A stretch of 64,000 nucleotides of DNA from the NCBI RefSeq assembly GCF_001194135.2, contig NC_068994.1:41858189-41922188 (forward strand), written 5' to 3'. Below the pieces are notes generated by a model, which had not been told where the DNA came from, searched no databases, and was given only the letters and a program-made list of their open reading frames with translations. The stretch comes from Octopus bimaculoides. Its lineage: Eukaryota. Positions 12,710 to 26,658 of this stretch are shown in pieces (the first letter of the stretch is position 1; each line of letters starts with the position of its first letter). Position numbers and translations under genes: made by a program.

Positions 12710-12845
12710 GTAAGAAATTGAACAAGGAGTATTTATCTAGCTGCACAGGTTTGGACACCTTCCAACAGATCAATAATTAACACAAGATAAGGCTTCCAAA
12801 TTGGAAATGCAAGTTGTAAGTGTGGACATAGCATAGCCATATGTA

Positions 12846-12990
<145 letters not shown>

Positions 12991-13494
12991 ACCACCACGA
13001 AATTTGAACTCAAAACACAACAGCAGACGAAATACCGCTAAGCATTTCACCCGGCATGCTAATGATTCTGCCAGCTCACCACCCTACATCACATCACAAA
13101 ACATTGGTCCCATTGGGATTATGAATTAAGAGACTTGTCAAGGATGGCAAATAATGGGATTGAACTTCAAACCAACTGGTTGAAAAAAGAATCTCATCAC
13201 CACATAGTAATGAAATTTTTAAAAAATGGAAAATTAGTTTGCCTTCCAGTTAAAAATCCAATCAGTTGAACCTTCTAAACCAGAGCACAACACTGCATGG
13301 AATACCAATGCATTATGCTGGAGGGGAAATCAACAAGAGATAACTGTCATCCTAATCTAATACGTGGCAAAGATATAACATTAGCCTAATATATATTTTC
13401 ATCTATTAACTCACTTAATTTATTAAAAAAAAAAAGGTTTTTTAAGCAAAAGAGACAATAAATTGCAAATAGCCAAAAGAAAAAAAAAAAAGAA

Positions 13495-13860
13495 TTAAAC
13501 AAGAGCACTCAGAGAGTGTAAACCTCCACCAAGGCAACACTAACATCCTCTCAACGATTAGCCGGAAATGATTTTTAACATGAGAAGATCTGAAATAAAC
13601 TCGAGTGCTCTCACAAACGCGAATATTAAAAATGAACCTGACCGCTCTCAAAACTTAAGTAAAAAAAATCGGAAAAATAATCCAGAATCCTTGTCTGGTA
13701 CCGGATCAATCCCAAAACCTAATCAGTTCATGCCAGTCATGAGGCCAAACATCCCTAAAAGTTTCATCCAAATCCATCCAATGGTTCTTGAGATATCTTG
13801 TCCACAGACTAACAAACACAACTGAAAACAATACCTCTGCCTTTGCTAAGGTAGAGGTAA
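13495..13860 (+). mobile_element. Non-autonomous Helentron/DINE-1-like element
   Basis: Starts aacaagagcactcagagag..acctccaccaag (13522-13533) and ends gaaaacaat-acctctgcctt-tgct-aaggtagaggt-aa (11-bp hairpin, 13833-13858). Shares both terminal motifs with 58945-59560. Confidence 0.65.
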
Positions 13861-14184
13861 TAAATAGATAATTAATAATAAATGAAAACCTAAAACCTGA
13901 AAATGTTTTAAAGAAGATATTTAATTTATTTTTGTATAGTTTTTAGTTCCCCAGCTTACTAACGTTCCGAATGCTAAAATTAAGTTATTTGATAACATAG
14001 ACCAAGGAAATAAATCAGCTTTATCCACCACTCAGTTTTTAAATCCTAAAATAATCTAATGTAATTTTGGCAGATCTGAGTTCCTGAAACGTCTTATATA
14101 CTCACACAAATATGTATGTAGATACTATATACATGTATATATATATATATACATACATACATATATAAATAAATNNNNNNNNNN

Positions 14185-14233
<49 letters not shown>

Positions 14234-14517
14234 CACATGTGTACCTATGTATATAATTGTGTATGTGTGTGAGTATATATATGTATGTATATGTGTACAT
14301 GCACACACACATATATACATACATGTATTATATATATATGTGTATAAACACACACAGTCACACACTCACAAAAAGACTTAGGCATGGCTATATGATAAGA
14401 AGTTTGTTTCTCAGCCATGTAGTTCCAGGTTCAATCCCACTGTGTGGCATCTCGGGCAGGTGTCTTCTACTATAACCTCAGCAGACGGAAACGGAAAAAA
14501 GCCTTCATATATAAATA

Positions 14518-14553
<36 letters not shown>

Positions 14554-14875
14554 AGCGTTTGTGTTCATGAATGTGTGTGCTTTCACATGTCTTTGCAGTG
14601 GAACTGCTTATGCAATGGTGACACTGTTTATGCCTTGTGTAACCAAAAAGACAAAGTAGCTCAGTTGTTTGACATGTGGAAATGTGAAGAAGCAGTACTC
14701 TACTTTATAAAAATATTTAAAAAAAACAAAAACAAATGCTGACGTCAGGAAAGGTATCTGGCCATTGGATATTGGTTTCAGATTTTCACACAAGACCAGC
14801 AGTTTCAGGGGTGGGGTTGGGGGTGAGAAATTGATCACATCATCACCAATGCTCAACTGGCACTTACTTTATCGT

Positions 14876-15130
14876 GGAGGCACGTGGCTTAGTGGTTAAG
14901 GTGTTCAACTCATGATCATAAGATTGTGGTTTCGATTCCTAGACCAGGCAACGCATTGCGTTCTTGAGCAAAACACTTCATTTCACATTGCTCCAGCCCA
15001 CTCAGCTGGCGAAAGTGAGTAACCCTGTGGCTGACTGGCATCCCATCCAGGTGGGGAATTTATACACCATGGAAACCAGGAAACCAGCCCTTATGTGTCA
15101 ACAAGACTCAAAATGGTAACTTTACCTTCA
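14876..15130 (+). mobile_element. tRNA-derived SINE (family D)
   Basis: ggaggcacgtggcttagtggttaagg (A box)...ggtttcgattcc (B box)...ttgagcaaaacacttcatttcacattgctccag. Related copies at 25245 and 53432. Confidence 0.8.
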
Positions 15131-15505
15131 CCTTTAATTACTTTATTGACCCAAAAGAATGAACGGTCGAGTTGATTTTGGTGGAATTTGAACTCAGAAT
15201 GTAAAAACTGATGAAATGCTACTAAGCATGTTGCCCACAGTGGTAGCAATTCTGCCAGCTCACTGCTTTACTGATTGAAAGAATATTGGTTTCAAATTTT
15301 GGCTCATGGGCTGCAGCTTCGAGAGAGGGGTTAAGTTGATTACATTGACCCCAGTGTTTCACTCGTACTTAATTTTATTGACCCCAAAAGGATGAAAGGC
15401 AAAGTCAACCTTGATGAAATTTGAACTCAGGATATAAAGATGGATGAAATGTTACTAACCATTTTGCCCGGCACAGTAACAATTCTACCAACTTGCCACC
15501 TTATC
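15125..15505 (-). mobile_element. Two adjacent copies of SINE family B (gagctggcagaatcgttagc... family)
   Basis: Each carries the reverse-complement motifs attgacccc..gaaaggcaaagtc..gaatttgaactcag..ctaagcatttt..ttctgccagctc. Confidence 0.85.
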
Positions 15506-16442
15506 TGGCCATATAATATTACCTTAAGAATTCTCATCTTAATTCAGGCCAATGTGGAAAACAACAAATATGAAAACATAAAAACAAAGAAATATGTATG
15601 AAAGAGATGGATAGGAAAAAGTGTGGATGGATGTATCCATGCATGCGAACCAATTGAAGAATGCTCGTTGTTGTCAAGATGTGCCTAGAATAAATTAATA
15701 ACAAAACTTATTCTCTGCTTGCTCCTCATTTATCATCAAAAGCTTATACTTGGTCTTAAGGCTCAAAAAGTGAATTCAGCAGAATTTTCATTTGCATAAA
15801 ATAATTAGACTTCCTTAAATTTTGATTCAAATATCCCTAATGAGTCAAAAATAAAAATTGATTAGATAATTAACAAACCTCTATCTGTATATTTTATACA
15901 TAATTAATGTCATTTACTGCAATTTCATTGGTTTGTAAAATCTAAAAGAAATAAAAATCAAGTATTACATTTGAACTGCATGTAATGGAAGATTTACCCA
16001 GCAGAAACATTAGTCACTGGCCTAAAGCTTGGGTAGTGTTTTTTTGTTATTTGATATTTTAGTTTGAGATATTTTTATGCATAAAATTAAATTTTGTTTT
16101 TAAATATACTAAATTAAATTTAAATATAAAAATATTTCTAAATGAATTAGATAACTTAGTTTAAGAATAATTTCTTATATTAGCCAATGCTACAAATGTG
16201 TAAGATGTGGGTGTGATCAGTTTAATTAACCCTCATATACTACAGCTTCTTAATTTGTTGAATCCTAGATGTGGTCTCTTTGTTATCAATTGGTGTGCTA
16301 AAATTGCATTGAAATCGCCCTCATATTAAACCCTACCATCTTATTTTAAAAAGAATACATAGGCTAATGCTATTATAATTGTGTACTGCCTGCTAAATAA
16401 TAATAATAATGATAATAATAATAATAATAATAATTTATGTGG

Positions 16443-16820
16443 TATATATATGATTGATTGTATATACTTGAATGGTGTGCCATATATTTGATTGATGTAG
16501 TATACATTTTATTGATGTGATATAAATTTGATTGGGGTAATGTACATTTGACCGATGTGGTATATATTTGATTGATGAAGTATACATTTGATTGACGTGA
16601 TATATATTTGCTTAATCTAGAGTACATTTGACTGATGAAGTACATATTTGATTGATATAGTATACATTTGATTGATGTGGTATAAATTTGATTAACGTTG
16701 TGTACATTTAATTGATAAGATATATATTTGATTGATGTAGTATACATTTGATTTATGTGGTATATATTTGATTGATGTAGTACGCATTTGATAGATCTGG
16801 TATATATTTGATTATGTGAT
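16443..16820. repeat. 20-bp minisatellite (consensus tatayatttgattgatgtrg) with higher-order periodicity, about 19 units
   Basis: Units align exactly at 20-nt intervals from 16481. Confidence 0.95.
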
Positions 16821-17668
16821 TTTACGTTTGATTTGATTTTGCGTATATCTGATGCTATTTCACATAACAATCACCACAAGAATTAAATGCATTTACAAGT
16901 AGCATCCTCTTAGTAAGCTGCAGAAAACAGTTCAAACATATTGGTTCTACAGATGTGCCAGTAGGGCTAGTGAATATATGTCCACTGTGTGGTGATACAG
17001 AGTAAATAGTTGTTATTCAAAGACCAAGGAACTGTCTTGAGTTTATCAGTAATTTGTACATGTTTTATTATTCATTTTAGTGGGGCTCTAAAGTCACCCT
17101 CATGCCCAAGCAAGCTTGTTGGGGATTGGGGTTGCTTCGTCAGTAATTGAAAGCCTCATCACATGCAAAGGGATTGCATTACCATACATGACTACCAATA
17201 GCACATCTCTGCCTGGTTTCATACCATGTATACACACACACACACACACTGATACACACATATACACAAACACACTTAGGCATACACATACACACATACA
17301 TACACATATACAAACAAACACATTCACACATAGACATGTACACACTACACACATAAAATCATACACACACAAACATGATCAGACACACATACACACACAC
17401 ACACTAGAAATACTCCGTGATACGCAAACCATAAATCTCTATAACTTTTAAATCAAAATCAAGTGTCTTCCACATTTTCATTTTATATATATATATATAT
17501 ATGTATATACATATATNNNNNNNNNNNNNNNNNNNNNNNNNNNNNNNNNNNNNNNNNNNNNNNNNNNNNNNNNNNNNNNNNNNNNNNNNNNNNNNNNNNN
17601 NNNNNNNNNNNNNNNNNNNNNNNNNNNNNNNNNNNNNNNNNNNNNNNNNNNNNNNNNNNNNNNNNNNN

Positions 17669-17701
<33 letters not shown>

Positions 17702-19197
17702 TTCTGTGTTTTATTTTTAATTTTGTTTTTGTTAAAGCTTCATTTGATGTGAAGGTTTTTCCACTAACTGATGTGATTTAAACAATGGCTTGTATTGGTT
17801 TCAAGGTAGCGTATGTCATTAAAATAGCATGCTAAATCAATATGTTAGTTTCTTCTTAAGTCTCTCTGCTTCTTGACTTTGAGCTTCTTAAAATGAACGA
17901 TTTTTATGGCATTCATTGAAGGGAAGTTTGGCATGTTAGTTTGTTTGTTTGTTTAAGAGATGTAGTGGAATGGAGTGGAGGTGAAAAAAAAGGGAAAGGG
18001 TAGAGTGTGCTGAGAGTGGTGTAATGAGAGAGAAAGAGAGAGAGAGGGGGGTAGGAGAGAAAGAGAGAATGTGAGGAAAATGTGTGAAGAAGAGTACGAG
18101 TAAGCTGGAAAACAGAGAGAGAGAGAGGATTAGGTGATTTCATGCATGTAAATGTATGCAAATACACACACACACACACACACACACTCATGTAACATGT
18201 ATATATACATAGTAGTATAAATATGTGTAAGCATAAGTATGTATATGTGTGTGTATGAAAGTGTGCATGTGTGCATGTATGTGTACATATGTATGCATAT
18301 GTGTGCATATATATATATATATGTATGTGTATATGTAAGTATGTCTTTCTATCTATATATATATATATCTATCTATATATGTATATATATATATATGTGT
18401 ATAAATATTTGTATGTACGTATATGTATGTGTATATGCATCATCATGATGCATATATGTGTAAATACACGTGTGCATGTATATATATAAATATATATATA
18501 TATTTATTTATTTATATATATGTACATATGTGGTGTGTATAAAAACATATGTATAGACACCTATGTATATTCATACATATATATGCACATACATACATAT
18601 AAATACATATATTTTTAAGTATGTATATATGTATGTATGTATGAACACATGTTTGTGCAATGAGAAAGAATAAAGTAGTCTCAGTAGATATAAGATATTT
18701 CTTGGAGGAACTATGAGAAATTACAAAAAAAAGCAAAAACAAGAACAAAACATAAAAGTGGAAGAGGGAAAAGATGTAAAAAAAAGAAAGAAAGAGAGAA
18801 AGTGTAACAGAAAAGAGGAGGAAATGGGTGGAAAAAGAAAAGGGAAATGAGATAGAAAGAGGGTGAAGAGAAAACAGAAAGTTAATTTGATGGTTGATTA
18901 AATCACTTTATCACTGAAACGCAGAAATATATACTTTCTATATATTAAAATAATGGGATTAGTATAGAGACTGTTGAAAAGATGATTAATTTTCAAACTC
19001 TTCTGTGAATTATTTGTAAATAATCATGGGAGACAGCGAGACAGCTAGGCTTGGAAAAGATTACTAAAGTTTATTACAACAATAGGTAATAATTAAACCC
19101 AGAATCTCAAAATACTTGTGTGAGTATGTATGCATTTATGTATATGTGTACGCATATATACATATATAGATGTATATATATATATATGTGTGTGTAC

Positions 19198-19233
<36 letters not shown>

Positions 19234-19392
19234 ACACACACACACACATGTATATATGGACATATACATATATATAGACATATATATGTATGTACATATC
19301 TCTATGTGTGTGTGTGCATATATATACTCATACATAATGCATNNNNNNNNNNGTGTGCATATATATACTCATACATAATGCATGCATGCATG

Positions 19393-19426
<34 letters not shown>

Positions 19427-19517
19427 TAAATATGTGTGTATCTATGTATGTATATGTAAATATATATGTCTGTGTGTGTGTGTGGTGTATAAGTATGTGT
19501 GTATTGGCTTTCGCCAG

Positions 19518-19538
19518 ATCAAAAAAGAACATAAAATG
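19518..19538 (+). other. Candidate 21-nt symmetric micro-exon
   Basis: tattggctttcgccag|ATCAAAAAAGAACATAAAATG|gtaaga. Open in phase 0 (IKKEHKM) and phase 2. Confidence 0.3.
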
Positions 19539-20376
19539 GTAAGAAATAAAAATATGGCATCATCATTCATCATATTACACAACTTTTTGCAAATATTATT
19601 TTCTTTACTCCCAAATTTTCGTCTGCAAAATAACCTCCAACCAAATATTTCTAAATCAAAACATTATTTTTCACTGTTTTTTCAAGATGAAAGAAAAACT
19701 TTTAAAGATAGTCTAGAGTAAATTTTCTTTCAAGGTATTATGAATCTTCTTGTATTGACATTAACTACAAAATTCTTCGTCTTATATTAATATTAGCAAC
19801 AAATTCAACGAAGAATTTTTAAATATTCTTGTATTTAAGATCAATATATAAATAAAAGTGGAGAAGAGTAAATAAATGATATCAATATTCTTNNNNNNNN
19901 NNNNNNNNNNNNNNNNNNNNNNNNNNNNNNNNNNNNNNNNNNNNNNNNNNNNNNNNNNNNNNNNNNNNNNNNNNNNNNNNNNNNNNNNNNNNNNNNNNNN
20001 NNNNNNNNNNNNNNNNNNNNNNNNNNNNNNNNNNNNNNNNNNNNNNNNNNNNNNNNNNNNNNNNNNNNNNNNNNNNNNNNNNNNNNNNNNNNNNNNNNNN
20101 NNNNNNNNNNNNNNNNNNNNNNNNNNNNNNNNNNNNNNNNNNNNNNNNNNNNNNNNNNNNNNNNNNNNNNNNNNNNNNNNNNNNNNNNNNNNNNNNNNNN
20201 NNNNNNNNNNNNNNNNNNNNNNNNNNNNNNNNNNNNNNNNNNNNNNCTGGAAATCTTATTTTATTAATTCCAAGTTCAAAATCTGTGCAAGAGAGTCATC
20301 AGAATCAAATTTTGTTTCAAAATTTTCATATATCAACAGCTTCTTCTTTTCTACAGTTTTTTCATTCATACACACA

Positions 20377-20410
<34 letters not shown>

Positions 20411-20435
20411 CATATATACATATATACTTCATACA

Positions 20436-20466
<31 letters not shown>

Positions 20467-20519
20467 GTACATACGTACATACATACATACATACATACAT
20501 ACACACACACATACATACA

Positions 20520-20553
<34 letters not shown>

Positions 20554-20774
20554 CATATTTATAAACTGAAGAGGAAGCTAATGATATGATTGGTTTTCCT
20601 AAACCAAATAGTTTCCTAAAAAGGTAAAAGACATATTCTTGTTTACAAATGGAAGTGTGGTAAGAAGTGTGCTTCTCAACTACATGGTCCCAGGTTCAGC
20701 CCCACTGCATGGCACCTTGGGCAAGTGCCTTCCCTATAGCCTCAGGTCAATCAAAGTACAATCTGAGGACATGT

Positions 20775-21401
20775 ACTGAGAGTAATAAAAATCAAACATC
20801 CAGTCAACATCATGATGTTTGGAGTGATCACTAGCGATGGCGACTTTATACCTCTATTCATCTTCTCACACGCCCTCAGACTCAACACGGAGGCCTACAT
20901 CAAGTGCCTGGAGGAGGAAGTGCTGCCCTGAGTCAAGAAGGTGGCTGCTGGAAGACCTTGTGTCTGGCAACAGGACTCTGCACCTCGCCACATAAGCAGG
21001 AGACCCCTCAGTCATGGCTGTCAGACAATTTCTGCAACCACATCGCCCCTAACATCTGGCCACCTAACTCCCCAGACTGCAACCCCCTTGCTTATTATGT
21101 GTGGGGAGCAGTTGAGCGAGAGACCAAGAAAGCTCTTTGTAACACCAAAGATGAACTGAAGACACAGATTATGGCAGCATACACCAACTTAAACAAGGAG
21201 ACCATTCAGAAGAGTTGCAGAAAATTCCAAAGTTATCCAGAGGCCGTGGTTGAAGCTAATGTCAATTTTACTGAATAAATTTACTCCTTAGTATTTCAAG
21301 ATATTTTCATGTAATCTTGGTAAATATATCTGTTAAAATGATATGTTGGTATTATTTTCATTTTTGCGTAATTTAGACGACAGCTCATTCACTGCACCGT
21401 G
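20775..21401 (+). mobile_element. 5'-truncated maT-family (DD37D) transposon remnant
   Basis: KHPVNIMMFGVITSDG...LP*VKKVAAGRPCVWQQDSAPRH...WPPNSPDCNPL(A)YYVWG. After repairing one frameshift, 37 residues separate the QD Asp from the PLD position. One stop and a D-to-A change in the third catalytic position; TIR-like end actgcaccgtg. Confidence 0.85.
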
Positions 21402-22076
21402 TGTGTGTGTGTATATATAAATATTTTTTATTTATTTATTTAGTTGTGTCTGCGGAGAGTCATTCTGTTTTACTGCCTTATTATTTAACACACTCACCAG
21501 TAAAGTTTCCACTCATTTACTCATTTATTTTTCCCCAAAATTTTCGTTGTCTTGCAACATTTTCAATAGTCCAAACCCCCAAACCAAGTATATTTATTTA
21601 TATATTGATCTAAGTTCACATGTATGTTGTAACCTGAATTTTTTGTCAGTGCATCATATGAATGTGAGTGAGTGTGTGTGCGTTTGTGTGTGTGTGCGTT
21701 TGTGTGTGTGTGTGTTGTGTGTGTGTGCCCGCATGTGTGCATGTTTGTATGTGCATGAATAGGTGTGTTTTTTTGCACTTTAATACAAGGTAAAGGTTCA
21801 TAGGACAACCAAATGTATTGAAGCTTAATAGAGACAGAGAACAAAGAAAAATTAATAGTGATCAAACATTTAAATCTTAACAGTTGTTGCACAAATTTGC
21901 ACATCTGCATGACAATAGTGTGGCTGAGTCATAGCGGGAACATTATTTTTTAATACAATGCAGAATTTGTTTTTACTGTTTATTAATTTTGTCTTTTTTT
22001 TTTACTTTATTTGGTTATTTATTTTTTGTTATGTTTCATTGATAAAAAATATGTTGAACACAAAGTTTTAGACATA

Positions 22077-22118
<42 letters not shown>

Positions 22119-22600
22119 AATATATACATATATACACACATACACAAGCATGCATAGACATAAACATATGTATGTACATAAATACATATATGTATATATG
22201 TATATAGTTATACATACATGTATATATATGTATGTATATATATGTATATATATATATATATATATATGTATATGTATATATACATATATGATCAAGCATG
22301 TGTGTGTGTCTGTGTGTGTGAGTATGTGTGTGTGTGCATGTGTATGGACAGAGAAAGAGAGTGAGAGAAAAAGTTAAACTATTGATGGAGTCACAAGTTC
22401 GCTTACACCCAACTTAGATTTTCTGCATGCATAAACACTAGAATGCATGCATGATACACACGCATGTGTGATATACTCACACACACACAGACATAGTCTC
22501 ATGCAAGCATCCTCGTACACATGCACCCAAGCACACGACACGCACATGAGATAATATCATATGAATAATTTGCTTTCCCATATATATTTTCTATATTCAG

Positions 22601-22629
22601 GTGTTAAATTATGAAACATAGTAGAGCAG
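22601..22629 (+). other. Candidate 29-nt exon (UTR plus possible start MKHSRA)
   Basis: ttttctatattcag|GTGTTAAATT-ATGAAACATAGTAGAGCAG|gtgaga. Stops in all frames unless started at the internal ATG. Confidence 0.3.
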
Positions 22630-23055
22630 GTGAGAACTATTTGTCATTGTTTTTTCATGGGTCATAATAACAATTTACTGTACCCTGGCTGTCACGAAAG
22701 CAACCAAGTAAATGAAAGGTATCAACATGTCTAGCAGAGCATATGTAATTGAAATAAAGACTTTATGGCTACAATCACATCCTAATATTTAAAGTGTTAT
22801 GCTAATAGAGGAGTGAAAATGGTGTGATTATAGCAGATAGTAAGGGGACAGAATGTACTTGTTGTTGTTGTTGTTGTTGCAGATGGTGATGGTAAGAGTA
22901 TAGGAAGTAGTGGAAGTTGTTGTAGTTGAGGTAATGCTGTTGCTGTTGCTGTTGTTGTTAGTGATGATGACAATTGTCTGGGTGTTGATAAACCTGTTTA
23001 TTAACATTATCTTCTTCCATCTCCTTCTTGTTTTTCCCTTATTATTACTTTAAAG

Positions 23056-23990
23056 GGCTGTGAGCTGGCAGAATCATTAGCATGCTTGACAAAATACTCA
23101 GTGGCGTCTTGTCCAGCTTTATATTCTGAGTTCAAATTGCACTGAGGTCAGCTTTGCCTTTCATCCTTTTAGGATTTATGAAGTACAAGTTAAGCACTGA
23201 GGTTAATGTAATTGACAAGTTCCTCTCCCTCAAAAATGCAGCTCTTGTGCCTATAGTACAAAGGATTATCTTAAATGGTGTTAAGCTGGCAGCATTGTTA
23301 CTGCTTTGGACGAAATGCATAGTGACTCGGTCTCTTTATGTTTTAAATTAAAATGCAACAGAGATCAACTTTGCCTTTCATTCTTTCAGGATTGATAAAA
23401 TGAAAACCAGTTGTGCACTGGGGTGAATGTAGCTGGTTTTACCCTCCCCACAAAAATTTGAGGCTCCTTGCCTAAATTAGCAGGAATTATATTTTTTTTA
23501 AGAGTCAATAAAAAATCAGAATTGTAGGGGCAACAGACAATATGTCTTGTAGCATTTTTTCACACTATTTACGTTCAAGGTTTAAAATCTCACTGAAATC
23601 GATTTTGTCTTTCATTCTTCAATAAATAAAGTACCAGTCAAGTCTTAGGGTCAATGCTGTTGATTTATATACCACCCCTAAAACTGCTGGCCTTATGCCT
23701 AAATCAGAAACACTAGTTACTATTACCATCATTATTTTCGTTTCCCCACCTTGTCCCATTTTATGTAAAACTTCACACTGTTCACTGTTCTTGCAATGTC
23801 CATTAGATTTTATAGCATTCGACAAATTATTTCGCCCCTTCATTTCTGATTCTTTATGTTCTGAATCTGAATTTCACCAAAGTCAACTTCATCTTTCATC
23901 TCTTCAGGAGTGTATAAAAATAAGTACAAGCACAGAGGTCAGTTTAAACAACTAACAAGCCCATTTCCCTAAATCTCAGGCCTTAAAATT
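23056..23990 (+). mobile_element. Cluster of about four degraded SINE family B copies
   Basis: Repeated gagctggcagaatc / ctttgcctttcat..ttt / ggccttgtgcc motifs. Confidence 0.75.
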
Positions 23991-24229
23991 ATCGTCATCC
24001 TCCTCCTCCTCCTCATCATCATTTAACGTCTGTTTTCCATGCTGGCATGAGTTGGACAGTTTGGTTGAAAACTGATAAGCTGGGGAGCTGCACCAAGGTT
24101 CCAGTCTGATTTGGCATAGTTTCTATGACTGGATGCCCTTCCTAATGCCAAAACAACCATTAGCACTTACCCCGAAGCTTCCACCTCCTGTTGGTTGATG
24201 AAGTGTCACAAATACAGGAAGCAAGCCAT

Positions 24230-24849
24230 AGATTGGAACAGGTAATAATCAGAGGAAGATATTCTTCTACAATTCGAATGTGTATAAGTAGTGGTTATGC
24301 AAGGGCCAGCTTCTGGAATCTGTCACCATTGAACACAAGGTGATGCTCTGCATCTGGTGGAATTATGAGGGGATAATTAACTGCAAGTTCATTCTAGGTG
24401 GTCGAACCATCAATGTTAACCTATACTCCAAACAGCTGGAAGAGATGTATGCCATTTTGTGGCAAGAAGACCCAACATTGGTTAATGAAAGCAAGCTCAA
24501 ATGACCCAGAATAAACTCCAGGGATTTGAAGGAATCAAACTGATGCCACACCCAGTATACAGTCCACACCTAGCTCCCTCGGTTTATTACTTGTTCTAAT
24601 CCATAGCTCATTTCCTGCGCTCACAACACTTCATCCCACAAGAGGAGGTGAAAGCTTCAGCGAAGGAATTCTTTACTTTGAAGGACAAGAACTGGTATCA
24701 GCATATTAAAGAACTTGTAAAATAATGTCTTCAGACAGTGTGATTTCAGACAGGCCTCTACTTTGAATGCTAGGCTGCTTTTATTGTAACTTGACAAATA
24801 AAGCCAATAAGTTTCCAAAGTATTGCAAAACTTTTGACTCAACACAATA
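24230..24849 (+). mobile_element. Mariner (DD34D-type) transposon remnant, 3' part
   Basis: KVMLCIWWNYEGII...TINVNLYSKQL...MPHPVYSPHLAPSVYYLF*, a decayed YSPDLAPSD motif. Mariner-type right TIR gcaaaacttttgactcaacacaata. Confidence 0.85.
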
Positions 24850-25244
24850 TTTTAGCAACAGCTCACTTGAAAAAATTTCTAATTTACCTTGACAGCTGTG
24901 TTATACAAGTATCAAGAATTTCTAATTATGATTCTTTGCAGATATAAACATAATAATTCATTGTTATTACACACCAGCTCTATATATCAATTAAATTATA
25001 CACCTGCAATAAAGTTGTAGTATATTGTCAACTTAATGTGACAATATACTACAACTTTATCGCTCCACTACTGCTTAAATCTCTCTGAGAGATTTAGAAA
25101 TATTATATTTCTAATACACCTGCAATAGTTTACATAAACTGTTGAAATCAAATCAGTTGTAAGTCCAACGAGATGAATTAATTACCTTTACAAAATTCTG
25201 TTTATTTTCCTACACTTTAACTATGATCTTACATATTATAAACA

Positions 25245-25540
25245 GATGCATGGCCTAGTGGTTAGGATGTTGTACTCACAATCATGAGATTATGGGTTCA
25301 ATTCCTAGACCGGGTGGTACGTAGTGTTCTTGAGCAAAATACTTCATCTCACATTTCTCAGCAATCACTTTAACACCTGACGTGTGGTATACTGTGCACC
25401 TGTTCAGGCAAAGTTGATTTGACGGAGGGAGTGAACGAATGTACAAACACATACATTTGATAACTATAAACAAATCATTTGTGCAGGCCCTTCAGCAAAA
25501 AGGCTGAACACTCATACATCATCTTTGGCAGGAGAGTCCG
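25245..25540 (+). mobile_element. tRNA-derived SINE (family D variant)
   Basis: tggcctagtggttagg...gggttcaattcc...ttgagcaaaatacttcatctcaca. Confidence 0.7.
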
Positions 25541-25879
25541 CATCATAAACAGACAGAGTTAATTACTAAACTTTTCCTTGTTACACATAGATGAATAATA
25601 TGTTGGTTGTTGACTCCAGTGGAAGTGATATCTCTAAAGATATCGGAATTCATATACTTAAAACATTTATTATTATTCTTTTTTTTTTTTTTGCTGTTAT
25701 TGAAGATAGTAAAGAGTGATTTAAGGGAATTTGGCTGCTTTATCATCGAGGGCAAGCAACTACACATAGGCTCTGACAATGGTACGTGGGACAAACAAAC
25801 AAATTGTTTACTTATTTAGTACTTATATACAGTGAAGTACAACTGAATTACTATGAAACATCTTTTTGGTGGGGCAAGA

Positions 25880-26310
25880 GTCCTACTTATTGGTTTAAGA
25901 TTTTGGCACAAATTTGTGCAGGGGATAAGTCGATTATATTGACCCCAGTACTCAATTAGTACTTATTTTCTAGACACCAAAAGAATGAAAGGCAAAGTTG
26001 ACCTCAGAGGAATTTGAACCCAGAATGTTAAGATGGTTGAATTGCTGCTAAGGAATTTGCCTGGCATGCTAGCAATTCTTTTCTACTCCAGGCACAAGGC
26101 CCGAAATTTTTGGGGAGGGGACCAGTCGATTAGATCAACCCCAGTATGCAACTAGTATTTAATTTATCGACCCCAATAGGCAAAGTCAACCTCGGCAGAA
26201 TTTGAACTCAGAACATAAAGACAGACAAAATACCGCTAGGCATTTTTCCCGGCATGCTAACGTTTCTGCCAGCTCGCCATCTTGGCATGCTAACAATTCT
26301 GCCAGCTCAA
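25880..26310 (-). mobile_element. Two nested or adjacent SINE family B copies
   Basis: Two ggcacaa(gg)..gattagatc/gattatattgacccc..ggcaaagt..ttctgccagctc blocks. Confidence 0.8.
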
Positions 26311-26658
26311 TGTCTGAAGTCTTTCTATTTATTGACATCCAGTTCTATTCTATATTAAACTTTGCTTGACATTTTGATCTTTGATGGAGATTGTATCTAT
26401 AAGGTATTGGTCTTGTAGATAACTATTCCCTTCCCACATATTGACATTCATGATTCATATAATGTCAGTCTTCCCAGTCTCTCCACCATATTTCTAAATA
26501 TTTCAGTTAATGAAAAGCTATCTCATACTTGAGAAGACCTGTCCATCTCAGTAAAAATCATGTCCCACCAAGACTTACCCAACAATTTATCTTTTAACAC
26601 CTGTCCATCCACCAATCTTCTTACTGCAGTACTATTCACTCGGGTGTTGTAAATAATG

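Noticed and set aside
14876-14945. tRNA genes at SINE heads
   Set aside because: A and B boxes are present, but no acceptor stem closes and the sequence continues into SINE bodies.
16481-16820. Regularly spaced repeats as a CRISPR array
   Set aside because: Contiguous tandem units with no unique spacers, in eukaryotic DNA with no cas genes.
16373-16870. 165-aa minus-strand ORF
   Set aside because: The 20-bp repeat has no stop codon in any frame on that strand; it is a by-product of the minisatellite.
19312-19383. 31-bp direct repeat either side of a 10-N gap
   Set aside because: Exact duplication across a placeholder gap; most likely an unmerged contig overlap.
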